Below, one piece after another: positions 13,276-25,300 of a stretch of 64,000 bases of DNA (the stretch's first letter is position 1; the number at the start of each line of letters is the position of its first letter). The translations under genes and the position numbers were made by a program. The stretch covers positions 284,868 through 348,867 of the forward strand of contig NMRA01000242.1 in assembly GCA_002633005.1 (NCBI GenBank), in the 5' to 3' direction. The DNA comes from Phoronis australis. Its lineage: Eukaryota; Animalia; Phoronida. Under the pieces are notes generated by a model that made no database searches, was not told the origin of the DNA, and saw nothing but the letters and a program-made list of their open reading frames with translations.

Positions 13276-13301
13276 TCATACTTGACTGTACTTTATTCCA
13301 G
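13276..13301 (-). CDS. LMO7: LMO7-like terminal coding exon (AGIKYSQV*), class I PDZ-binding motif
   Basis: Strong acceptor tgtttcgttctccttgcag, correct phase 1, ends S-x-V-stop. Confidence 0.8.
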
Positions 13302-16300
13302 CTGCAAGGAGAACGAAACATTTTAACAATAAAATATTTAAGAAAATTTTGATGAATGTGGGTTGTACTACAACACAAAGGAAGTGAATATTTAAGAAAT
13401 TGATACTGTATTGCATGTCAAATTTTCTGAGGCTGTACTAGCAGTCTCAGAGTGTTCAATGCAACAAGATACAGTAATATTAGTTGGCAAATGAGTAAGC
13501 AGAAAACATTAGAAGGAACTTGGCAGAAATTATAGACCAACTCAAGGATTTCATAATGGTCAGTAAAAAAATGATTGGCTTGCTGCTGTTCATATACAAG
13601 CACTGCTAACTCTATCTTTCCCAATTCATTGCCATTGTAGCTTGTTGACGACTTCACTCACATAGCTGCAGACTATTTCAGAGGACAATACCCACAAGTA
13701 CAGTGTGTATTTGAATATCAATCTCCCAATTCAAAGCTACTGGCGCTAAGTGGAACATTAAAAACGTACGTATTCCACCACCCACAAAATCACAGATACT
13801 TTACAATTCATTACCACATTTAAGCAAATCCAAAACGCAACACAATTCATTTGACATTTAGTTGATACTACGAACAGTGCATATCTGCAAGAACAACATA
13901 ATCTATTTATGGTGAAACTTTCACCAGGTAATAAGGATTTGTCACAGGGGACCAACCACTACTGCCACCTGACTGTAGAAGGAAGTACTATTACTTCACA
14001 CTGTGTTGCCTATGGCAAAACCTCGACTCATAAAAAATCTTGTTTTTATTGAATAGGGTACACATGAACATTGTCATTTTGGACACCGTCAAGTTGCCTC
14101 CTTGCCAGTCTGAAGGCAGTTAGAGCAAATGCCTCACGCGACCTGTTGCCATGCATCGTTGGAGCATCCCACTAGCCAGTCCACATACCTCTAGTTACCA
14201 TGACAACTTAGTTTAAATCAACTGTGAAGCTGCATTTGATCACTACATTCGTGCCATGCCATATGCTAATATCAAAACAGTATTCACATATCAAAATGAA
14301 GTGAGCAAACTCAACCAGACAGGTAATTTGTGAGTGGCAATGCCTATTGTATAGATCATTACTCATATGTTCTATGGCAATGTCTATTGTGCATATCTTC
14401 AGCTATATGATATCCAAGAACGAATATGCACAGAATACACACGAGTCAGTAGCAGGTTTTTACTACAAACAGCAACAGACAATGAAAGCGAGAGCCAAGC
14501 AACATGAATCCTAGAGGGCAGCACAAGCATCAGAGCAGACGTAACAAAACTAGACCAGTCACCTGCCGAGTGGCATCAAAACCTCCGCACAAACTCAGTA
14601 CCTTCGTCATTACTATAGCAGTTTTTGCAGTGTAGTTTGGAGACGCGCACACGCACGTCGGCGCCCATGTTTCCATTGCTAAGCTGCGTGTGGCAGACGC
14701 AGCAACGGAAACAGTTGACGTGATAGTAGAGGTTCAGCGACTCTATCACCATGGCAGCACCACGACCTGCAACCGAGCAAATGAGCAACAAACCTTAACG
14801 AGAACTACGGAAAATGCACGATGACATAAGCGTTGTTTCAACAGGCAGCAAAATGAACCATGAGCCAAACTGTTGTGCATGTATGCTTATAGTGTAGAAG
14901 ACAGGCTGCTTTGGGGAGATATTTTCATCATTCCTATGTCGTGAAGATTACCTTTAAACTGGCATTAAATCAGTGCTATCTGTTGAAAAACAACATTTGA
15001 TTTAGACCACTAACTGTTATACAATGGCTCCATCTTATTCCCTACTCAATTTAGAAGTGACGGATAGGCTCAGGAAGACCTAACACGTCATTATCGCATC
15101 AGACCATGATCAATAATTTCAAGTCAAGGCGTGAACGTTTCATGACACACTCAAAAGAAGGAGATATGAACACGGATGTCTTGTGTGAATTACTGTAACC
15201 GATTTCACTTCTGACATGAGCCATTTTGGACAAATGAACCACAAAGGTTTTTTGGACATGAGAAAATGGCTTACATATGCTTTAATTCCTGGTAATTATT
15301 ACTAAATCATCATCTTCACATTTACAGCCATATTGTTGCTTTAATGGCATGCAAGATGATGCCTCCAACAAAAGTCTGAAGGACTATGCTCTGATGTTCT
15401 TGTTACCAAACATGTCCACGCAATGTTCAACGTTCCAAAATAGTGTCAACCCGAGTGCTGAGGGTTCGGTAATCTATTGAAACTTTAAGTAGTAAGGTAA
15501 TTAAAATTGAAACATTTAAGATTGCACTGACGGTGTGTTTCAACATCACTCAATGATAACGCATGCACTTACAAACCAAACATGCTCACAACTAAACCAC
15601 ACTGAGCATGCACAAAGCTCAAATGATTGCATAGAACCACCACCAGGTGGCGTTGAGCTACCATTAAAGGACAAGAAGCAATAATGGGGTGCAGGCAGAT
15701 ACCTTGGTGAGTGATTCACAACAGAGGTCATGGTATACACCTGAGGTCAAAACAATACTTATGCCATGAATATGCTAAGAGTAGGTGATGTAACAACACA
15801 CTGTGGCAATGATATTAACTGCAGTTATATTAGACTGGGTACTTAGGAGACTAAACTGTTAAAATATAATACACAAGTTCAGTGATGCTACTTTTTTAAT
15901 ACACATGCACAACATTTAGATCAAATGCTGTTATTTTTAGTGCTGCTATGGTCACACTAAGGAATCACATTCAGTGAGCACACTTGTGACCTTTAGTTCT
16001 AAATTGAAAGCAAGAAATGACTCCAGGATCACCCCAGAACAAATGTGGCAGTCCAATGGTGTGGACAAAGGTGGAGCTTGAAACAAATCAAAAGGACCAA
16101 AACATCACTACGCAATGAAAGTTTCTGATTCAACTCTGTTTAGAGAGTAGCAAACCTTCCATGTCACTTACCGAGTTCCTTCTGACAATAAGCGCACAAC
16201 TGCTTGGCACTAACTGACAGCACATCTTCATCTTGAGATGAGTTCAGACTACCCCCAGGAGATGGTTTGGACGATGGGGACCTCTGTGGACCACTCGATG

Positions 16301-19300
16301 GCAATATGCTATTTTCAGCTACTGGTTGGCCAAACCTGTCCGCCACCTCTCCTGACGGTGGCCGTCCATACAATTCCTGAGGTTGGGTCTGATACGTGGG
16401 AACTGTAGCTTTTGAGACAAGCTCCTCGCGCGTGGCATCAATCAACCAATCGGGTCTCTGCACTGGGCTGGTCTCCTTCGATGGCTGCTGTTGCGCCCTC
16501 AGCCAATCCTGCCGTTCTCGCTCTTGCTGTTTTTTCTTCTCATCCTCCTGTAGCACCCTCAGTTGCTCCGCCTCAATCCACTCTCTCTCTTGTTGCAGTT
16601 TCTGTTGCCTCTCCCTCTCCTGTTTTTCAGCGATGCGTCGCCGTTCAGCCTCCTGTACCAGCCAATGTTCATGAGGGTTCTTAAGTGGCTCGTGGGGTTT
16701 GATCCAATCTGACCGCCTGCGGTTCTTGGCTTCCTCACGCTTCCGTTCACGCTCTTCCTCAGCAAGAATCCAACCATCATCGCGTATTTGACGTGGACGT
16801 GGGACGGCATTCAATGACTTGAAATTCTTTTTGTCCACAGGCACCTGACCTTCTGATCTCATTTTGACCTCACGCTGTGGTGAAGCTGGTTTCTCATATC
16901 CAATCACCCCCGGTGGAGGTTTGCGATTCATTTTGAGGACATCATCACGTGACAGTGGAGGAGAGTCTTCACGTAACTCTGTGTCTACGAAACGTTTTTG
17001 AAAGTCCTCTTCCTCAACTGCAGATCTTACACTTTTGAATGGTTTCGGTGCAACTTTTGGGAAGACCTTCTGTTTGGGTGGGGAATTCTCTTTACTTGGA
17101 GGGTTCCATGGCTTTGGCACAAACTCCTTTTTCAACTGAAAAAGAGTGAAGAGTTACGCATCAACATACACAGATTGACAGGCAAAACTTGAATCTATAG
17201 TTCACAAAGCAGGAATTTCTGACAGTAATAACTTTTCACTTGCAATGGGCAACTTGCATTACTCCAGAACAGTTGTAAGCCACTTGCTCGCTAAATAGTG
17301 TTGACGTCTAAATTCATGTTCCAGTTGACACAAACACTAACCTGCATTTTGGGAGCAGCAGAGCTGCCAGCTGGTGGGCTGTCAGCTTCTCTCTCCCACT
17401 CCTTTTCACCAACATAAGACACTTTGCGGTTCATTTTGAGAACATCCTGTCGTGACATGAACACAGGGCTGTCTGTACCACCATAATTTTTGACTGCTGA
17501 AACAGGCTTAGACGACATCTTCTCAGGTTCAGTATCAAGTTTCACAGGTGAACTGAAATAAAGAACAAAATAAAAGTGAAAGTTAGAGGAAGAAATTATT
17601 AAAGGGAGCTGTATCACTATAAAGTGGCATGACAGCCTCCACTACCAAATGCCCCTTTGTTATAATAAGTGTTTAGAATGATGACCTGACCACTTCTCTG
17701 AACCTGTTTTAGTAATAATGCAAACAATGCAATTTGAAAACATGCCATCCAAAAAACAGGACTGGTGTTATGTGATCACTCTTGATACTTACCACACCAA
17801 TTCTCGCGTGTTTTGGCAGTAACACATGGGCGACCCCTCCTAGCATAGCATTTCTCAGAAACTCAGGATTATTAAGGATAATGAGAGACTAAACAATGAG
17901 TGAAAAGGATTCCTTCTCCACCCCAGCCCACATCATTATCTTTCCTATGTTCCTATGCCATCTCATCCCCTCCGCCCATACACTACCTCACTCCACCACA
18001 TGATCGTTAGTATCTCGCACGATGCCATCAACCACATGATCTCTCACTACCTCACTGCACCCCATGATCTCTACTATCTCACCTCACCCTTCACATCATG
18101 ATCCCAACTATATCACNCTCACCCCATGATCTCTGCTACCTCTTCTTACCCTCTCACCCCATGATCTCTGCTACCTCATCTTGCCCTATGATTGCTACTG
18201 TCTCATCTCACCCATGTCTACAACTTACCTGCGCTGTTGTAATTTGTAACTGGACACCTCAAGAGATGTTGGACTACCACTGTGTATTTGGTCATCACTT
18301 GAGTTCAATTTGTCACCTAACTTCAGTTTACGCTCCGTCTCCATGGCAACTCGTTGGATCTCTTCCTGTTTCAACAACCACAACCGTTGCTGTTCTTCTT
18401 TCTCATGCTGCAATCTCTCCTCCTCTTGACGTAGACGCTCCTTTTCCTGACGTAATCGTTCCTAAAAGACATGAGAAAGCATGCATCAACTGACAGTCTG
18501 TTAAGTGATTTCACGCTATTAAAGATACATTTGCTGACATTTTGACGCAGAAAGCTTAAGATTTCCAAATGTTGTCTCTGTAAGGTGGACTTGACCAATC
18601 TGGCACCATTCACTACAACATGTGCAACCATAGATATAACAGTGACACTGATGGCGCATACCATGAATGTAAGGCAAAACAATAACTAGCCCACTTAGGG
18701 TGCAGTATTTTTGGTGTTTAATACTAAAATACAATATTACGTTACTCTCTCTATGTTTCACTTGGACAAATGTTACTTCTGCCATGTGTATTTTAAATTG
18801 CAGCATTCCTTAAGTGACATCACTGGTGTGTTCTAGTCAATTTGTTTCCACTGTGTTCACAACGTAAATGTTGCTGACTCCACCATTATGTGTGTGGCAA
18901 TACAGAACAGAATACATACACTACACCACACCATGAATAAATGACAAAGGGCAATCTGCTCACAATAAACAATTAAGCCAGGCATCAGTATCATGAAGTG
19001 TCTTATGACTTGAGACAAAAATTTGGTCATAGGCTACCACTTGACAAAATGATAAAGGTTTAGACAATTAGTACATCACCACTTAGAAACAGTTAGCGTA
19101 AATTATCCCATTAACTAGAAGTCATAGGTATATTCTCAGATACTGTATTTTGCAAAAATTAAAATTAACGGATTTTGAGAAATAGTTGTGTAGAGTATTA
19201 GGCCAAATTTCTAACATGCGTCAAACGACACTTTTCATTGAACAGACCCCGGGACAGTTCTAGGATGACCAGTATTTCACACTTCACTCAAAAAATGAAA

Positions 19301-22300
19301 AATCCTGATTTTCTCCTAAAGCATAGTTCTATAGTATATCCAACCCCTTAGTACTACGGCCCCAAAACAAAATTCAAAGCAAACTTTAAGCATAATTTAA
19401 GACATTATCAACCCAACAGTAATACTCTCAACTATTTTATTTCTTAGCAAGGAGTAAGTCTTTGTGTTTAATTTCACATACTATGTGAAGATCCAAAGTC
19501 GTATTATGCTTAGCATAGAAACACTTGTCTGCACAAATACAATGGTAAGTGGCACAACGCACTTCCTGATTCAGACAGGTTTGGTTGGTATTCAAATGTT
19601 AGTCAACAGGTTATGAATCTACTGTGTAAACAAATGACATTACACATATACCCTTACGAATCTACTGTGTAAACAAATGACATTACACATATACCCTTAC
19701 GAATCTACTGTGTAAACGAATGACATTACACATATACCGTCCACAGGAGGCACATACACACATACTTCCCAGACCTGATTCTGCCAATTTGAGCAAGGCA
19801 GAAATTCATTTTCTTTTCAGTTTTTGAAATCATTTGCCAGAGTGTAACTGTCAACTTTTGTGAAATGTTTTCATATTTCAACAAGTAACATTTTAACCGT
19901 TCTTATTCAATGTTTTAAAATATTGGTTTCTATTTTCTGAATCCTCAATCATTGAAATTAAAACGTCACAAAATCCTTAATAATCACATAACTGCTGCTT
20001 TTCCAAAAATTATGACATTTCTGCTTTGGAAAAGAATTTCTAAAAAAATCTAACCTTTGTGTTAGAAGTCTATATTCTTACAGTCAATATGACGGACACT
20101 GTGACTCATATTTTTGATTTAGTCTCAAACAACACAAGCATCAGCTGTCAAAATCACACCTTGGATATTTGTGCATAAATAATTTTTAGACATTAATTAT
20201 GTGAAAATATCCAAGCTGAGACATCATACCATTTTCAACAATATGGTACGTTTTCTGAGAAAGAATGGAAAGCTGACAATTACCTTAAGTTGCATACAGC
20301 AAGAGATTTACGAGTACATTTTTCTGTAAAGAGTCTACCTCAAAGGAAAACGAGACTACGTAAAACTTGTGAAAACTCTTCACTGCCTTGCCCACCTTTT
20401 CAGAATAATAATCACTGTGCAATGACAAAGTACAATGCAAATCAGATTTCAATTGAAATTCCTTGACAAAACAATAAAATTTCTTGGATAAAAAGCCAAA
20501 AACACACAAGAATAACATTCAACATATGAGGTGAACCTTTTCTCCAAGTGAAATCTGTTTCAACATCACAATAATTTACGGTTTAGTGCACACCCATGCA
20601 GTCCTGCCATCTAGTGACTAAGTGCAAACTTACTGCCTCTTCATCTGCTGTCTGAAGCACACAAGAATGTGATAACACAAGTGACCCTTCAAGCTGTTAA
20701 CCGTAATTCTTCACTTATTTCATTCAAAAATAATTGTCAAAATTTTGAGAAATAAACAAAACAACATTCTGCTTTTGTGCCATAGTGTGAACTGAATAGG
20801 TGAAGTATTACCACAGATGCACAAGTGTTTACATTTTCATAAGTAACACACCAGATAATGACTGATAATACAAAAGTCAATCTCATGCCCTTTACAAAAA
20901 GCTTTTAAATCAGCACAAGTGTGAAGGTTAGTGATATCAGGCCAACATGAAGCAACACAATTTTTCTTATGACACTTAACATGTAAAGGATCACTAATCT
21001 ATGAGGAGGGCACATCTCATGGATTAATGTATCAACATCATTTTTGCATTTTTATACTTTACATCACGGACAGCACAGGTGAGTGTGTCAGAGATACCGT
21101 AATAAAGCCTTCCCACAACAAGTGCATGTATTCATCCACTGATTAAAGTCAAATTCCAGGGTTAAAAATTACTGAAATACAACAAGTTGATTTTTTATGG
21201 AATAAGAATAAAAATTTGCAATTGTTCTTTCTATATCAACTTATAACACACCAAAGGCTGAAAATATCCTTTAGAAAATTGTTAGAATAATCTTTTGATT
21301 TCTCTTTCCAATGCCCTTTCATATGAACATATCTCTTAACTCCTGGACAGGCTAAGTGTCCTGACCATACCATTGACCATCCGTTACAGCCACTACTCAA
21401 ACCTCTTCCCTAGACACCCAGATTATTCTGACCACCGCACTGACCATCGTTACACCCACCACTCACCCCCCCTCCCTAGACAGCCAGTCCATTCTGACCA
21501 CCCCACTGAACCTCCATCACAACAGCCACTACTCACCTCTTGCTCACGTAGCTGACGTTCCTTCTCCAGCAAGAAGCTCTTTCTCTCCCTCTCTCGCCTC
21601 TTTTCTCGCTCTTCTTCTTCCTTCTCCCGTTTCTCTCGCTCAATTTCTCGCTGCCTATCCTCCTCTCGCTTCTTCTTCAGCTCTGCCTCTCTCTGACGCT
21701 GCTCTTCCAGAGCACGCTTGCGGTCCTCGTTCAACTTCCTCTGCCGTGCCATGTATTCCTCTTCCTTACGCTCAGCATCCTTCAACCTCTCCGCTTCCGC
21801 TTCTTCTCGCCTTTTGCGTAGATCTTCCAGCCTAAAGAAGAAGTTCTGATAACATAACCACCATACTTATTTCAGTGACCGATAAATGTCATAAACGATA
21901 ACATCTCTTATATTGTGCACGACATAAATCATCAAACATTTACAGCATAATCATCACCCCATTTCCGTTCTAGATCTCAACACTTACACAGTCTGACATT
22001 GTCCTTCACTGACTTAAACCTTCATTCAACAATCTGCGAATATCTTACCTCTCATCTATTCTGTCATACCCATAGTTCTCCTTGATCAGGAGCTACAACT
22101 CTGACTTTTCTTAAAGACAAACTCATTTACCTCAAGACCCAAACAGACCTACGATCCTTTCTTTCCTCAAACAGCTTTCATCTTTCTCTCCTCCATTGTA
22201 AAAAAATTGTCACTATCACCCCGGCCCCCTCTCGCATACAAACTCTACATCCCAAATAGTCTAATTGTCTCCTCCTTAGCAGGACTCCGGTTCTTGTTCA

Positions 22301-25300
22301 ATCACTATCAAACTCCTCTTTGCGCAATATCTCCATTTCTCACTAACACCCAACAAACACATGTGTATGTACACCCACTCCCACTACATCTCTCCCCATC
22401 TTCACCTCCTCACTCTCTCTCTAGAATCCTTAGTTAAGCTACTCACATCAGCCCACTCAGTGCACACACCCACCAACCCATCGTCGGCCACACAACCACG
22501 AACCCATCGTCGGCCACACACCCACCAACCCATCGTCGGCCACACACCCTCCCAAAGCCCAGCACCCTTACCGTCTTTCCTCCTCTCTCGCATGATGCTC
22601 TTGTTCCACTCGTTTCTTCTCTTCTTCCCTCGCCTTCTTCTCCTTCTCCTCCTTCATCAGTTGCTCTGTTCTCTGTCGTTGTTCCTCCAACAATCGCTTC
22701 TGTTCTTCGCGATATCGCTGAGCTTCACGCAGTCGCTGTTCCTCCATTTCTTTGATTTTCTGTTCTTGCACATCCTTAGCCTAACAATTAACAAAAACTC
22801 AATCAGCAAGGTTAGCAGGCTGCTTTGCCCAAGAAGCTCGTCCGTCTAGAATTTGGGGTACCTTTACTACAGACGGACACATTATAAAGTACGCAATGTC
22901 TCAGATAATGCGTTTATGTTACAGCTTCTCATTGACTTCGAACAGTGATGAGCATTGAGTGGAATGTGCCTGAACATTCAGTTAATTCAACTTCTTTATT
23001 TTTATCATGTAATCAACAAAACAGGCACCAGCATATTTATGGCTTACCCTTGTGGAGTGAGTTCAGTGCCTCAGCAAAATGCAGATGAACACTCGACTTT
23101 AAAAGCAATCTTTCCAATGAGAAGCACTAACATCATAATAGCTCACTTCCCATAAAACTAACAAACAGAAAAACTCCTCTTCTAACACTGCTTGGTTTAG
23201 CCTTGTAACGCCCAATCAGTTTACCCAAGGCGCGTGGATGACTGCTCCAACAAACCTGACTCAGAACAACAAATTCACCTGCTGTTTCCTCTTTTCCAAC
23301 TCTTGTGTTCGCTGCGAGTAGGCAACATGCAAGTCAGCCTGTTCTTTCTCATATTTTTCCTGCAAAGAAATCGCACCATCACCTGTTGCTGCAACATACA
23401 TTTTATTTTCACTAAGTTGATTATGTTGAGAACCTCCAATTTCACTCCACACCAAATTTGTTCAACAAACACAATGTTAATCATTTCATACCGTGGTCCA
23501 GATCTGATCAACAAGAGTGCATCATCAGAGAGAAAGGATACGTTAACACCCACCACCAAATTAATGATACAAAAAGCAACAACAAGTTTAAGGACAGTAT
23601 CAGATGAGCAGACGGAGATTACCACAGCCCAACACCAACTTAAGTACACATGACCTCAGAACAGAACAGCACAAGTTTTTCTTCATTCTATAACCAATAT
23701 ACCTATCAGCTGAACTACAGAAATTTCAAAACATACGAACAACACTGAAAGAAATTTTGAGAGCTGTTTTCAAGAAATCAAGACAATAATCCATATTTAA
23801 CGCACATCTAAAGACATAAACAAAGAAAAACATCATTTTGAACTTTGCTATAATACAGGCAAACAGTTGGGTACGTGACATGCATGAACAAGGGTTAGCA
23901 GTCTCACAAAAAAACACTGCAGGCCAATAACACAGCCACCGGGGCAAGAAAGATGAATACAGTGCCTACTTCAATGATGAACAAAGCACAGAGAAGCCAA
24001 TATAGAAAGTCTGGGAAAAACAAGAAGGGCAACCAGCCAAACAATTGAGACCTGGGCTTGAACACAGTGGTGGGGAATGACATTTAAATATTCAAGACAC
24101 AAGCTCAAGACCAACAAATCGAACAGTTTCAGTTAACATTTGTTCTTTTTCAATTTTTTGTGTACATGTGACTTGATAACAATAAGTCATATTGATTGCA
24201 ACTGCACAAGTTACAAAGATCGTGGTTGGTTGCAACTACAATAGTTACAATGGCCGTGATTGGTTGCAACTACACAAGTTACAATGATTGTGGTTGCTTG
24301 CAACTCTAGAAGTTACCATGGTCATGATTGGTGGCAACAACACAAGTTCAATGCAAGAAGAGCATTTTTGTTTGAGTTTCAAGTGACCAGAACTCGAATG
24401 CTTGGGCTGGATTCACAGGAATTGCAAGGAATACTGTTACCTTGAGTTTGGAAACACTATTTGCACGTCGAGACATCGGCTGTGAAGAGGTCAAACTAGT
24501 CAGTGTTGACAGACGGGGTAATTAGTAAGACAGGTGAGGTGACTGTTGACGAGTTATTAGGTAGAATTAAAGTTGGCCAACATGGCCACTATGAGGAATT
24601 TGTCTCTTACAAAAATAGAACTTGTCAAAGGTCCCTTTGGCGTGCACTTGGCCTCAAATCAAGCACACAAACACAATTTCATAGCAACCAAACCATACAA
24701 TACGACGGTCCCTCACAAAACTCTACTTTGTCCCAGAGGTATCATTGGCCTTGCTTTGAAAATGTTATGCTGATTCTGGGGCTCGTGTCAGAAAACAACA
24801 TGCATCCACGGATACTTGTGAAGTCTGTCCCACTCTCTATTGCTGCAGTTGCAGCAAAAAACAGCAGTGAAACTTTGCTGACATTAGAATATCAAATGCA
24901 CAAATGCAGCTGAGAAAAACTTGCAAAAAAGCGTGGTACAAATAACACGAGAAGCTATAGTGGCATGAAAACAAGGCTATAAAACTGCTTGATGAATACT
25001 GCAGCATTACAGCGGGGGAACCAAGTGTCAACATGTACTTTGGGACAGCCGTATTGTTGATCATGTGATATGAAAGAACATTGTTCTCATCAGTCACATA
25101 GTCATATTACCACCTCTAATATTTCAAGTCTGAAAATATTCTTGTCTCAACTGAACACTGAACACGAGAACTTCTACAATTTGTGCAAAAGTTTATCTGC
25201 ACATGTGGACATAAAGTGCTTCAAAACACAAGTCTGATTTCTATCTTTGGTCATAGAGGCTAGGTCATTCAGTGGACTAGCCAGCACAGAATGAAGAAGG

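Noticed and set aside
12591-14010. Other possible terminal exons for the LIM donor (GFGSTCRV* near 12591-12614, GNTV* near 13996-14010)
   Set aside because: Weaker acceptors and no resemblance to the family C-terminus compared with 13276-13301
16396-16684. Plus-strand Cys/Ser-rich ORFs (also 27674, 38271, 22361)
   Set aside because: Antisense shadows of LMO7-like coding exons
22049-22060. 12-nt frame-preserving microexon candidate with GAG|gtaaga donor
   Set aside because: Acceptor gggtatgacag has no polypyrimidine tract
23048-23069. 22-nt exon candidate with gtaagc donor
   Set aside because: Rare GAG acceptor and frameshifting length
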